Of a stretch of DNA of 64,000 nucleotides, positions 21,180 through 31,503 are shown in pieces. This DNA is from Candidatus Latescibacterota bacterium (GTDB taxonomy: Bacteria > Latescibacterota > UBA2968 > GCA-2709665), in the NCBI GenBank assembly GCA_965205485.1, contig OZ242180.1:2336001-2400000 (forward strand), given 5' to 3'. The notes beneath the pieces are model-generated. The model did no database searches and had not been told where the DNA came from. It worked only from the letters and a program-made list of their open reading frames with translations. Made by a program: the position numbers and the translations under genes. The stretch's first letter is position 1. Every line of letters begins with the position of its first letter.

Positions 21180-21571
21180 CCTTTTTTGAATCATTTTTCC
21201 GTACGAGTTTTTGATTCCGGGAAGGGAAAGCCCGTATGTGTCGTCCGGTTATGCGCCGCGCTTCGAAGAATCCATTCAGATTATTTATTTTCAACAAGAT
21301 ATGACTCATCGCTTCGAGATTTCTGTATCGGAATCCAGACCGGACACGGCCGGCTGTCCCGTATTCGCGGATATCGTCCTTTTCCCTTGACAGGCGCGCG
21401 GGCCTTCTCCATTTTGGTTTTTTCGAGCGGTGGAGGTGTTTCGGCCCGGGTACACGCGGACTTTCAGGACGCCGCAGATGTCCGTTAATTCACCCCATCG
21501 GGAAGCCCGCTCGTCGGGTCCCCGCGAACAGGGCGGGATCCGCGCAAGGTCATTCCTGAAATGGAGGTCCC

Positions 21572-24500
21572 ATGCCGGCCTGGAACAGCAGCGAAGAGCA
21601 GGAATGCAGGCGTCGCCTCGAAGAAACGAAGGTGATCTGGTGTCGGAGCGCCGGAGAGGTTGAACACCCGTGCCTGACGGTAAAGGACGACAACCTCGAT
21701 ATCGCCCGCGAGAACTTGCGCCGCCACGATTGGGCAAAAGAGCATTACGAGGAACTGCTGAAACTGGGTGCATACTATACGGATCGCTCCGATGCCTGGA
21801 TCGCCAGGATGGTCCCCGATCAGAGTCCCGCACAGATCTACGGGACATTCTGTCCGGTCTGCGCCGCGGACAACACCTATAACATGCGATGGATCGACCG
21901 CGACCCCGACAAACTGGTCTGTTTCCACTGCGGCGCCATCATGACCGACGAGGCCCATCCCGAAGAGGGGCGCCTCGAACTGCCGCGCTCCGGCCAGACC
22001 CTCACCTATTACATTCGTCCGGAAGAAAAAAACGACCCGGAATTCACCACCGGCCGAAACGCATTCAGTTGGGCGGGGCGCCGGGTCCACTCTTCGTACA
22101 GCGGCGCCATCCGGCAGCAGAAAGCCCATCGCATGCCCGCGGTCGCGCGCAATCTGGCCATCCTGTATCGCATGGAAGGCGAGGATCGATATGCCCGTGC
22201 CGCGGCGGCCATCCTGAAACGCTTTGCCGCCGTATACCCCACCTATCTCTTCCGCGACTATTGGAACACCTACATGGACTGCGATCCGCTCTACGCCTGC
22301 GAACTGATGGCGCAGGACAGAGGAATCGCCAGGTACGAAGTCAACCCGTGTCCGGACCAGAACGCCCGATCCCCGATGAAGAGTGGAAGACTCATACAGA
22401 CGTTCTGGGGCTGCGGACGCCTGTCGGGCGGCGGCGTTCAGGCCGAAGCGCATTACATCTGCATGCTGGCCGAAGCCCTGGATCTGCTCTGGGACGAAAA
22501 GGACGCCGACGGACGTTTCCATCTGGCTGAAAAGGAACGCGACCGCGTCGTCAAAGACCTGCTCGTGGAGGGTCTCTTCACGTTCACGCACTGGGAGGGC
22601 ATCAACAACAAAGTGGCGGGCTGCCGCGAGGGCGAAGTCGCCCTCGGGCGCTTCCTGGGCGTGCCGGAGTACGTGCACCGGGGAGTCGAGGGTTTTGAAC
22701 CGTACCTGAAGGGGTTCTTCAAATTCGACGGCAGCACCGCCGAGGGCTCCAGCTATTACCTCTACGCGGTTTCCAACGTGCGAAATCTGCCCGAACTCGC
22801 CCACGGGTATTCCGATCCGCCGTCGTATCGCGACGAGGACCGTTATGACAACCTCGACCTCTACGAGCCGGGCGGCCCGTACCACACCGTCCTTCGCGCA
22901 CGGACCCTGATGACGCTGCCCGACGGCCGACTGCCCCACACCGCCGACGCGCGCGAAGGACCGTCCGACTGGCCCTATCCCGCCTGGATTCACAACGTGG
23001 GTCTCGTACGTATGGGACAGGATTTCGCCCCGTTCGTGCGATTGGACACCGGGGACGCGTTCACCCTCTTCAACCGGCCCGCGGAACTCGAATGCGCGCC
23101 GCCGCCGCGCGTGCGGGACCGGTTCTTCCCGGGATGGCTGCTGGCAATCTTCAATACGGGCTACAGCGGCATGTTCCGGACCGATCTCACGGGTTCGGCC
23201 ACCTTCCTGATGAACTTCTATCAGCCGGAGGGCCACGACCACCCGGACGCCCTCAACATCGCCATGAACGTGGAGGGGGTGGAGGTCCTTTCCGACCTGG
23301 GATACATCGGCGACCATCCGCTCAACGCGAGCATCCGGAGCACGCTCAAACACAACCTGGTGGTTCTGGACGAAGCGAACCAGCTCCCCCGGGACCGGAG
23401 ACCTCCGGGAAACCTGCGCTTGCTTGCGACGTCGCCCGCCACGAAGATCATCGAAGCGGACTGCAGGGCGTACGAACAGGCTGAAACGTACAGACGCTCT
23501 TGCGCGATGATCCGCAGGAGTTCGGGACCCGCGTATCTGGTCGACGTCTTTCGCGTCCGGGGCGGCAGGGTCCACGACTACGCCGTCCATGGGGAAGGGA
23601 GAATCAGCGCGCCGCCCGCCCAGGACCGGCCGATCCCAATGAAGGAACGTCCGGGCGTGCTCGGCGAAGATATCGAGCGGCTCCGCTCGGGAGAAACCTC
23701 GGACCGGTGGAGCGCATCCTGGACCGATGAAGGGATGACCATGCGGGTACACATGGTATCGCCCGTGGACGAGATTATCGTGGGTGAAGGACCAGGGCAG
23801 CGGAGTCATTCTGAAATCGGTGCGCGCAACGACTATCTCTTCGCCCGCAAAGCCGAATCCGGGAACGGAAACACATTTGTCGCCGTCATCGACCATTACC
23901 GGGAAGACCCGGATATCCGCGACGTTCAACCGCTTTGTCTACCCGACGACGCTGGCGGACCCATGGCGCTTCGCGTCGGCCGCCGGACGGGCGGCGACAC
24001 CGTCATCCTGACTCCGGATCAGAACGAACGTGCGTTCGGTGACATCTCCTTCGCCGGTCGAGCCGCCGTGTACACGCGGCGCCGGGACGCCCGGCAGTCG
24101 CTCTTTCTGACCCAATCGACCCGCTTCGCCTCGCCCGACCTGACCGTCGCCCTCGAAGTCGCCTCGTTCGGCGGTGATATCGCAGATCATGACCGCGAGG
24201 GATTCCGGACCCGCGAAACCCTCCTGTTTCCGGACGCACTCGTGGATCATTTCGTCCGGGTGCAGGACCCCGATCAGGGCTGCTGGACGTCGTACCGCAT
24301 CGGCTCCGCGGCCGCCAACCGGATCGACGTGGACGAATTCCCCTTCAACGCCGGCACGACCTGGCAGATTCCCTCGCTGTTCTCAATCGAACAGGCTTCG
24401 GCGGACACCTTTCAGGTCAGAACTACAACCCCCGCCCGGCTCTCGATCCGGACACCGCACCGCCGCGCCTTCATCGAACACGAAGAAGGCCCGCGGACCG

Positions 24501-24592
24501 AACTCGAAACGGACAAAGCAGCCGGCATGCTGTCCCTCACCATCGACCCCGCCACGACCCGACCTCACGGAACTCTGCTGCGTCTGGTATAG
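21572..24592 (+). CDS. Heparinase II/III-like polysaccharide lyase family protein
   Basis: DGSTAEGSSYY, HDHPDALNI, DLGY, STLKHNLVVLD, YLVDVFRVRGG; N-terminal CPVC/CFHC pairs. Confidence 0.75.
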   Translation: MPAWNSSEEQECRRRLEETKVIWCRSAGEVEHPCLTVKDDNLDIARENLRRHDWAKEHYEELLKLGAYYTDRSDAWIARMVPDQSPAQIYGTFCPVCAADNTYNMRWIDRDPDKLVCFHCGAIMTDEAHPEEGRLELPRSGQTLTYYIRPEEKNDPEFTTGRNAFSWAGRRVHSSYSGAIRQQKAHRMPAVARNLAILYRMEGEDRYARAAAAILKRFAAVYPTYLFRDYWNTYMDCDPLYACELMAQDRGIARYEVNPCPDQNARSPMKSGRLIQTFWGCGRLSGGGVQAEAHYICMLAEALDLLWDEKDADGRFHLAEKERDRVVKDLLVEGLFTFTHWEGINNKVAGCREGEVALGRFLGVPEYVHRGVEGFEPYLKGFFKFDGSTAEGSSYYLYAVSNVRNLPELAHGYSDPPSYRDEDRYDNLDLYEPGGPYHTVLRARTLMTLPDGRLPHTADAREGPSDWPYPAWIHNVGLVRMGQDFAPFVRLDTGDAFTLFNRPAELECAPPPRVRDRFFPGWLLAIFNTGYSGMFRTDLTGSATFLMNFYQPEGHDHPDALNIAMNVEGVEVLSDLGYIGDHPLNASIRSTLKHNLVVLDEANQLPRDRRPPGNLRLLATSPATKIIEADCRAYEQAETYRRSCAMIRRSSGPAYLVDVFRVRGGRVHDYAVHGEGRISAPPAQDRPIPMKERPGVLGEDIERLRSGETSDRWSASWTDEGMTMRVHMVSPVDEIIVGEGPGQRSHSEIGARNDYLFARKAESGNGNTFVAVIDHYREDPDIRDVQPLCLPDDAGGPMALRVGRRTGGDTVILTPDQNERAFGDISFAGRAAVYTRRRDARQSLFLTQSTRFASPDLTVALEVASFGGDIADHDREGFRTRETLLFPDALVDHFVRVQDPDQGCWTSYRIGSAAANRIDVDEFPFNAGTTWQIPSLFSIEQASADTFQVRTTTPARLSIRTPHRRAFIEHEEGPRTELETDKAAGMLSLTIDPATTRPHGTLLRLV

Positions 24593-24954
24593 CGTCAGCG
24601 GAAAACCTATACTTTGCCTGTGGCGATCAGTGTCACACGATCGCATCGCAAACGCCGGTGCGTCGCTGCGGTTAAGTCTGTCGCTTCCCTGTTTGGAAAC
24701 CTTCAGACCGCATGCACGGTTCGTGAGGGTCGTTTTCAGATTCCCATGACGTGACATTGGACGATTCCCGGCGATACGTCTTCGCACTGGGGGACGGATC
24801 GCAGTTGCACGTCGATCCGTCCCTTCGCATTTGACCCCGGCAAGCGTGTTTGCCGGCGATTTCGTTCAACCTGCCTGAAAACGCATGGTCCGCGCCACGG
24901 ATCCTTTCGTCAGGGCGCAGGGGACCTCTTGAACCCGGGGTTCCGTGGATGTCG

Positions 24955-25362
24955 ATGCCTGCGCCGTTCGTGGTGTCGGTGCGGGACCAGAACGGGGACC
25001 CGTTCCCGGGCATGCCCGTGATCTTCAACGTCACAGGTGGCGGCGGCACGTTGTCTGCGACGGCGGCCAGGACCGATACGAGCGGGAACGCGTCCACGAC
25101 GCTCACGCTGGGTCCCGCGGCGGGGATGAACACCGTGACGGCGCGTGCGGCGGGCCTTTCGCTGGCGGTGTTTAGCGCCACGGCTTGGGGCAGCCCGGAC
25201 GTGAACGCCGACGGTACGGTGGATTTCGGGGATTTCGTGCTGTTCGCCCAGGGCTTCGGAACAGGCTGCGGCGAGGAGGGGTATGATGTCCGCTACGACC
25301 TTGACGGCGACGGGGCGATAGGCTTCGGCGACTTCGTCATCTTTGCCGGCGCATTCGGACAA
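24955..25362 (+). pseudogene. Remnant of a secreted protein: Big-1/Ig-like domain plus paired EF-hand (dockerin-like) tail
   Basis: PFVVSVRDQNG...GGGTLS...TLTLG...NTVTA, then PDVNADGTVDFGDF and YDLDGDGAIGFGDFVIFAGAFG. No signal peptide or N-terminal body; the ORF runs on into AT-rich DNA. Confidence 0.65.
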
Positions 25363-26176
25363 ATGCGAATCCCAATTGGACCGTGTGATACAATAGTCAC
25401 GATAAATTCATATATTATACCTACAATAAAGCATTAAATCATAATTAAGTTGTGAAAATATCATTTCTATGTTATACTATGAACTTTAATATCATATAAA
25501 CGCAAACATGTTGGTCCGGCATCGTCTGACGATTTGAGGCGACGGCACAAGAAATTCTGTGGGGTCTTCCAGGTTCAGCGACGCGTTCGACACGTGATCC
25601 ACAACTCTGACGATAGTGAAAGCCGCGCGCCGGGTCTGGATTCGTTCCATTCCGGGAAGCTCGAATTCGGCCTCAGGACGAGTGGCGACGGAAATGGATT
25701 GGCATTTCAATGCACGGGACGGGAGCGGTCCAACAGCAGCCTGGCATGTGGGCGTCAGCCGCCTTAAGGGCAACGACGTGCCGACAGAGGTGGCAACCGG
25801 GATGCCGGCCTTGCCCTGCCGCTCCCAAACGTACCCCGGTGGCTTCTGATGGCCCGCTTCGCCGCTCTCGGATTGAACGATGCGTCGACGTATTACCCGG
25901 CGCGGCGGTACCGGAGCCCAATTAACAACGAAAGGATTTCTGCAATGAGGAAGACGGCTCGTATTGGGAAACGTATCCATCACACGCCGGCTGACGAAGG
26001 ATCTACTGCGGCATGGAATCGACCGCACGCGAATTTTACGTGTCGATACCTGAAGGGCGGCACGTTGGGCACCGCTCCCCTTCCCGTGTCGGGGAGGGGC
26101 CGGTTGAGGGGTCTCGATACCTGGCATCGTCAGCTAAACCCGGGTCTCGTAATTCGGTCTGAAAGAGGATGATGAC

Positions 26177-29100
26177 ATGAGGCGACGTGGACAATTGTTG
26201 GGTATGAATCAGAGGGCATTGATCCTCCTTTCTGCCGTGACGATTTTCACGTCCTTTCCTCTTGAGGGTCTCAATGCACAGATTCGTCAAACTGCGATGT
26301 CGGCCTCAAGCGGTGGCCATACCGCATGGGCGATTGGGCTTGAAACCGGGCCGTCCGCCATTACCGAGATCTGGGTCGAAGTACAACAAGCAAGCCCCCC
26401 TCGCCATCTCGGCACCTTTCCCGGCCGACCCGGACGACTGGAATGGATTGCAGGCGGGAAACGACTTCGCTACAGGGAGACGCCCTTACGGGTCCCCCTG
26501 CATACGCTTACCATGCTCCCGAAGCGGTCCGTACCCATTGTCCGGTCCAGTGTCTGGGAAATCGCCATCCGGGATGGTTCCATTTCGCGGGTGAACGATG
26601 CGGCAGACACGGATCCGGGAACAACGTCGGATGCGGCGCCCGCCGCCCCGCCGGACCCGAGTCCCGCCGCAAAGGCGGTGTTGTGGGGCGTGGCGACCGC
26701 ATTCAATGCCTCGGCCCTGGCCTACACCACCGTACACCGCTGGGAATTTCATTGGGCGGTGGACCGGTACCATAGAGCCTCCCGGGCGTGGAAGGCCCTG
26801 GCTGCGCGATTCGACAAGTACGGGCTCTACACGGAGCCAGTCCTGTCCTACGCGAAGTCGCTGGCCTTAACCTCGAGGAGTGCCTACGTGGCGCCCGGGG
26901 CACGCTGGGTGTGCAGGGACCACCTGACCGTCATCAGTGACGCCCTTGATGCCTATGAACATGCACACGAAAACCAGCGGCCGCCCACCCTCTTGACGCT
27001 CAAGAACTGGATTGAAACCCATACGTTGACGCACGCGGACTCTATCGTCATGAAAACGCTGTTCCGCTCCGCGATGGATCCCAAAAAAGGCCGCCGGATC
27101 AGTTACACACACGGATACCGGCCTGCCGCAGCGGACGGCGAGGCCGTTGTCACGAGCTTCTTTCACGACGGTTACCTGGTTGAATCCGTCCGCAGCGGCG
27201 CGGGTTACCGCACCGTCGACCGGCGTGCGGGCAAAACGCAGATCGACTCCCTCCTCAATCTCGGCACTGAACTAACCCGGCGAGAGCCGCTCAGGGCGAT
27301 CTCAACCCTCGAAATCCTGGCCGGCGTAGCTCAGGATTACGCCCCCGGGCACAGCAGGCTCGGGTTCGCCTATCTGGAAGTCGAGAAGCTGGTGCGGGCG
27401 GTCAATGCGTTCGAACGCGCGATCGAATGCGACCACACGCTGGCCGAGGCCTACTACGGCCTGGGTCTCACCTTCCGCAAGTGGCCCCGAGGATCGTACG
27501 ATGCCATCCGCTATTTTCAGAAAGCACTCCAATACGACCGGGACCACGTGGAAGCCCGGTTCAATATTGCCGATATACGGCACGAACTGAAAGAACACGA
27601 CGTGCGGCGAGAAATAAAGAAAGTGCTTGCAATAGACCCCAGGTTTCCCCCGGCCTATCTGCTGATGGGGAAATGGGTGGAGGAGTTCGAGAAGGACTAC
27701 GAGGAAGCCGCGCTCTACTATGCGCAATACATGGGCTTGCGGCCCGATGATCCTGAGGGGCGGAAGCGACTGGGAAGGATCTACCTGAGAACGAAGGACT
27801 ACGGCCGCATCCTGGAGGTATTGGAGGAATACGCCGTTCAGAATCCGGATGACGACGAGGTACTGCCCATTCTAGCTCAGGCCTGCATGAAGCTGGAAGC
27901 GTATGACAGGGCTCACGCCTTTTTCACGGACTACCTTGACGGCGCCGGCGATCAGGTGCGGGCGCACTATGAAGATATCCGGCTGGTCGCCTCCGCGGGG
28001 GCTCTCGCGGCACTTGACGAAACCCCGGCGGCCGACAGAGCCGCGTTCGTGGAGAAATTCTGGTCGGAACAGGACCCGGACCTGACCACGGCGGCCAACG
28101 AACGCCGCCTGGAACACTATCGGCGCGTCTGGTACGCACAGCAGAGTTTTTCGGAGGGAAAGCAGCCGTGGGACCAGCGCGGCGAGGTCTACGTCCGGTT
28201 TGGCGAGCCCGATCACAGGGCCCGCTCTGACGACATGAATTTCCAGCAATCCCTCGCGGTCCAGCGGGTCAAGGAACGGCTTTCCACGGCGCTGTACGGG
28301 GTTGCCGTGCCGCCGCACATGTTGATGAAGCCCACAACCAACGCCGACGGGGTGGGGCACCTCTGGGGCGACCTGCCGATTCAGTCCTCCGGCCCGGGTG
28401 CAAGTTACGTTGGTCCGGTCTACCCGGTGCGCAGCATGCGCGGCGGCGTGGGTGAGGCGCCGGGCTTTCGGGCACAGGTATATGACGGGGAACCGGGCGG
28501 GCAAGAAGATCAATCAGAATCCACGGGCATCGCACAGGATGAGTTTTCATCCGGCGCGGGCAGGGGCAGCGGGATCTTATCGGACTTCAAGCCGGTGACT
28601 TCCGGGGAAGACGCCTCGATGGTCCCGTGGGAGACGTGGACGTACGTCAACGTGGGCAGCGGAATCGAGATTACCTTCACCGACGAGTTCCACAACGGAA
28701 CCTATAACTACGCCCCTGCACCGCTGGATGCCCGCATTCCCGCGCGCCAGCAGGCGATGCTGAACCGCTACAATCCCCGCAACGTCTATCGCATGGCCGC
28801 CGCGGCGCAGCCGAACTACTTCGTGCCGCCGAAAAACACGATGCCGATGGAATTCTATTTCAATTCGGCGGATTTCAGGAGTGAAAGGGATTTCCGGACC
28901 GCCCTGGAAGTCTACGTGGGGATACCGCGACACCAGGGGCGCTACATGGTCGATGACGACCGGACGGAAATATGGGTCGACCGGACCGTGGCGCTGCGGA
29001 ATCCGACAACCGGCGCCGTCTACCGGAGCGAGGACAAGGTACACTTCGCGGCGAAGGGGAACGTGACCGGAGAAAGGAGCGCGTTCGTTCCGGACCTCGC

Positions 29101-29662
29101 GCGCATGGACGTGCCCCCCGGGCGCTACCGGATGGAAGTTAAAATAAAGGACAACCTGTCCGTACAGCACGGGCGGTATCGTCAGGACATTGAAATCGAG
29201 TCCTATGAACGGGACAGCCTCCAGGTGAGCGACCTGGAACTGGCCTGGCGGATTTCCGGCCGCAAGCACGAGGACAAATTCAACAAAGGCGCGCTGTGGG
29301 TCATTCCGATGCCAACGCGGACCTACAGGGTGGGCCAGAATGTATTCGTCTACTACGAAATATACAACCTGACGCAGGATGAATTCGGTCTGACGAACTA
29401 CCGGGTTTCCTACACGGTCACGAAGGAGGACGGCTTCAGCCCCCGGGGTATCATCACCAGCCTTATACGGTGGAAGAAAGGCAAACGTGAGGAACTGGAA
29501 GTCACGTACGAAATGGAGGGTGAGGATACCATGGAAGTCGAATACGTGGAACTCAAGCTGGAAAACCGCCCCGCGGGCAAGTATTTCCTGAACGTCTCAG
29601 TTGTCGATTTGAAGAGCGGTGAAACAGCTTGGAAAAAGGCCAGCTTCATTCTCGCCCGATAG
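26177..29662 (+). CDS. GWxTD-domain protein with TPR repeats
   Basis: Signal-like N-terminus, TPR repeats (AEAYYGLG, VEARFNIA), FWSEQDPDLTTAANERRLEHYRRVWYA...WDQRGEVYVRFGEPD, C-terminal beta-rich domains. Confidence 0.85.
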   Translation: MRRRGQLLGMNQRALILLSAVTIFTSFPLEGLNAQIRQTAMSASSGGHTAWAIGLETGPSAITEIWVEVQQASPPRHLGTFPGRPGRLEWIAGGKRLRYRETPLRVPLHTLTMLPKRSVPIVRSSVWEIAIRDGSISRVNDAADTDPGTTSDAAPAAPPDPSPAAKAVLWGVATAFNASALAYTTVHRWEFHWAVDRYHRASRAWKALAARFDKYGLYTEPVLSYAKSLALTSRSAYVAPGARWVCRDHLTVISDALDAYEHAHENQRPPTLLTLKNWIETHTLTHADSIVMKTLFRSAMDPKKGRRISYTHGYRPAAADGEAVVTSFFHDGYLVESVRSGAGYRTVDRRAGKTQIDSLLNLGTELTRREPLRAISTLEILAGVAQDYAPGHSRLGFAYLEVEKLVRAVNAFERAIECDHTLAEAYYGLGLTFRKWPRGSYDAIRYFQKALQYDRDHVEARFNIADIRHELKEHDVRREIKKVLAIDPRFPPAYLLMGKWVEEFEKDYEEAALYYAQYMGLRPDDPEGRKRLGRIYLRTKDYGRILEVLEEYAVQNPDDDEVLPILAQACMKLEAYDRAHAFFTDYLDGAGDQVRAHYEDIRLVASAGALAALDETPAADRAAFVEKFWSEQDPDLTTAANERRLEHYRRVWYAQQSFSEGKQPWDQRGEVYVRFGEPDHRARSDDMNFQQSLAVQRVKERLSTALYGVAVPPHMLMKPTTNADGVGHLWGDLPIQSSGPGASYVGPVYPVRSMRGGVGEAPGFRAQVYDGEPGGQEDQSESTGIAQDEFSSGAGRGSGILSDFKPVTSGEDASMVPWETWTYVNVGSGIEITFTDEFHNGTYNYAPAPLDARIPARQQAMLNRYNPRNVYRMAAAAQPNYFVPPKNTMPMEFYFNSADFRSERDFRTALEVYVGIPRHQGRYMVDDDRTEIWVDRTVALRNPTTGAVYRSEDKVHFAAKGNVTGERSAFVPDLARMDVPPGRYRMEVKIKDNLSVQHGRYRQDIEIESYERDSLQVSDLELAWRISGRKHEDKFNKGALWVIPMPTRTYRVGQNVFVYYEIYNLTQDEFGLTNYRVSYTVTKEDGFSPRGIITSLIRWKKGKREELEVTYEMEGEDTMEVEYVELKLENRPAGKYFLNVSVVDLKSGETAWKKASFILAR

Positions 29663-29799
29663 AGATTTCCCCATGCCCAACACGGTCTAGTAAAGCGATT
29701 TCCCGGTCTCTTCCGGGCGCGCGGATTGGAGAGCTACATCGTCTTGACATCGCTGGTCCGTATCCGGTATGGCTCCTCAGCGTCCGGCGCGAATGAGGC

Positions 29800-29984
29800 G
29801 CCCCCATTTTCCCGGGCGTTCTCGGCGGCGGGGTGGATTCTGGCAGCTTCGTGAGAATCGCCGCGAAATTGCGGTTCAGCCGCGGCAACGCTGGTTTGAA
29901 TCGCGCTACGACCGGGACTGAAACGGCAGTGTCAAATTCCCCGATTTTCTCATCTTCGCCGGTGCGTTCGGGCAGACCGCGTAA
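29800..29984 (+). pseudogene. Decayed second copy of the paired EF-hand/dockerin-like tail
   Basis: GGVDSGSFVRIAAK...RGNAG, frameshift, then ESRYDRD*NGSVKFPDFLIFAGAFGQTA-TAA; aligns to the tail at 25195-25362. Confidence 0.65.
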
Positions 29985-30096
29985 TCTGGCCCTCCCACTG
30001 TCGCAAAATGCGACATCAGTGACACAATTCGCGTCACATCTGCCTGCGCCGCGAAACCCCAATTCGCAGTACCCATTCGCCCGACACGTTGCACGT

Positions 30097-30119
30097 GTAG
30101 GGGCGTCCCTCGTGGGCGC
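30097..30119 (+). repeat. GTAG-type REP-like palindrome
   Basis: GTAGGGGCGTCCCTCGTGGGCGC; matches 6440-6463. An oppositely oriented GTAG end (CCCTAC) lies at about 30208-30213. Confidence 0.6.
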
Positions 30120-30315
30120 ACGCATTGCTCCCCACCCAGCGTTGCCAAGGTGCCGATCCGCCCTTTCCAACGTCCCCGCCGGCTCCAGGCCACATCGGAC
30201 TTGCAATCCCTACGTCCATGTTGTAGACTCTTGATATCGGCTGCCAGGCCCGTCCGTGCTGGGGTCCGGTCAAATAACGTTCACTCCCGATATGGTCTTT
30301 CCACGGGATACTTAC

Positions 30316-31431
30316 ATGTCCATGTCCTCCGCGTCCCACCCTACGTACGAATCCATCGGGGTACGTCCCCTGATCAATTGTATGGGGACCTACACCATCA
30401 TCTCCGGCTCCCTGATGCTGCCGGAGGTCCGGCGGGCAATCCATGAAGCCTCGAAGGCGTACGTGCATCTGGACGAGCTGATGGATAAAGTGGGCGCCCG
30501 GATCGCGGATCTCATGCAATGCGAATCGGGCATGGTCACCAGCGGCTGCGCCGCGGCGCTGTGCCAGGTCACGGCCGCCTGCGTGGCCGGGCTGGATCCG
30601 GACAAGATGAAACGCCTGCCCGATACGTCCGGGATGAAGAACCGGGTCATCACGCAGCCCTCCCACAGGCACGTCTACGACCACGCCATCCGCATGGTGG
30701 GCGTTCAAATCGTCGAGGTCGAGACCGCTGGCGAACTGGAGGCCGCCGTTGACGAATCCACCGCCATGATCGCCATCTTCGGCGACGCCGCCGACCGGGG
30801 GACCATCACCGTTTCCGAGATCGTCGATATCGCCCGCAAATACAAGGTACCGACGTTCGTCGACGCCGCCGCCGAGAGGCCGGACGTCCCGAATCCCTAT
30901 CTGTCGGAAGGGGTGGACGTGGTCGCCTACAGCGGCGGCAAGTGCCTTCGGGGCCCTCAGGCTTCCGGCCTGGTTCTGGGCAGAAAGGACGTCCTGCACG
31001 CCGCATTCATGAACGGCGCACCCCATCACGCGCTCGCGCGTCCCATGAAGGCCGGGAAGGAGGAGGTGATGGGACTGCTCGCCGCCGTGGAACAGTGGGT
31101 GCGGCGGGACCACGACGCGGAATGGAAGGAATGGGAGCGCCGGCTGGAAGTCATTGCGGGCGCAATAGCGCATATTCCCACGCTGACGACGGGCATCCTT
31201 CAACCCGGCCGGTCGAACGTCGCCCCGGTCCTGTCCATCGAATGGGACCCGGAAACCGTCCGCATCACGCCGGAAGAAGCCAGGCGGCAACTCTCCGATT
31301 CGGATCCTCGCATCGAGCTCTTCCACACCGGGACGGGCGTGGAAGTCATGCCCTACATGATGGAAGACGGTGAAGATGAAATCGTCGCCCGGCGCCTGAG
31401 ACAGGTTTTCGACGGGGCGCTGCCGGTCTGA
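30316..31431 (+). CDS. SelA-like/DgaE-family PLP-dependent enzyme
   Basis: GVRPLINCMGTYTIISGS, VDAAAE, YSGGKCLRGPQASG, RPMKAGKEE; lacks the N-terminal domain of true SelA. Confidence 0.8.
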   Translation: MSMSSASHPTYESIGVRPLINCMGTYTIISGSLMLPEVRRAIHEASKAYVHLDELMDKVGARIADLMQCESGMVTSGCAAALCQVTAACVAGLDPDKMKRLPDTSGMKNRVITQPSHRHVYDHAIRMVGVQIVEVETAGELEAAVDESTAMIAIFGDAADRGTITVSEIVDIARKYKVPTFVDAAAERPDVPNPYLSEGVDVVAYSGGKCLRGPQASGLVLGRKDVLHAAFMNGAPHHALARPMKAGKEEVMGLLAAVEQWVRRDHDAEWKEWERRLEVIAGAIAHIPTLTTGILQPGRSNVAPVLSIEWDPETVRITPEEARRQLSDSDPRIELFHTGTGVEVMPYMMEDGEDEIVARRLRQVFDGALPV

Positions 31432-31503
31432 GATCTCATTGCTGTTCAGCATAGACCCGGGACGGGTTGTCTCACCGGGTCAGAGGCCCGACGGAACCGC
31501 CCG

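Noticed and set aside
21424..21513. tRNA-Sec, SRP RNA, glycine or ZTP riboswitch
   Set aside because: No TTCAAA anticodon loop or T-arm, no SRP GGAA loop motif, and only fragments (CTTTCAGG, GGGAAGC) of riboswitch consensus.
25390..25505. Additional copy of the RiPP promoter box in an AT-rich tract
   Set aside because: Only short matches (TCACGA, AAAATATCAT), as expected by chance in AT-rich DNA.
26030..26170. c-di-AMP (ydaO) riboswitch before the GWxTD gene
   Set aside because: Only CGTCAGCTAA matches; the GCxGAATC and GGGGxGAATC elements are not recognisable. An Rfam RF00379 scan would settle it.
30316..31431. Selenocysteine synthase SelA partnering selD
   Set aside because: Too short, lacks the SelA N-terminal domain, has DgaE-like motifs, and lies 27 kb from selD with no selB/selC nearby.
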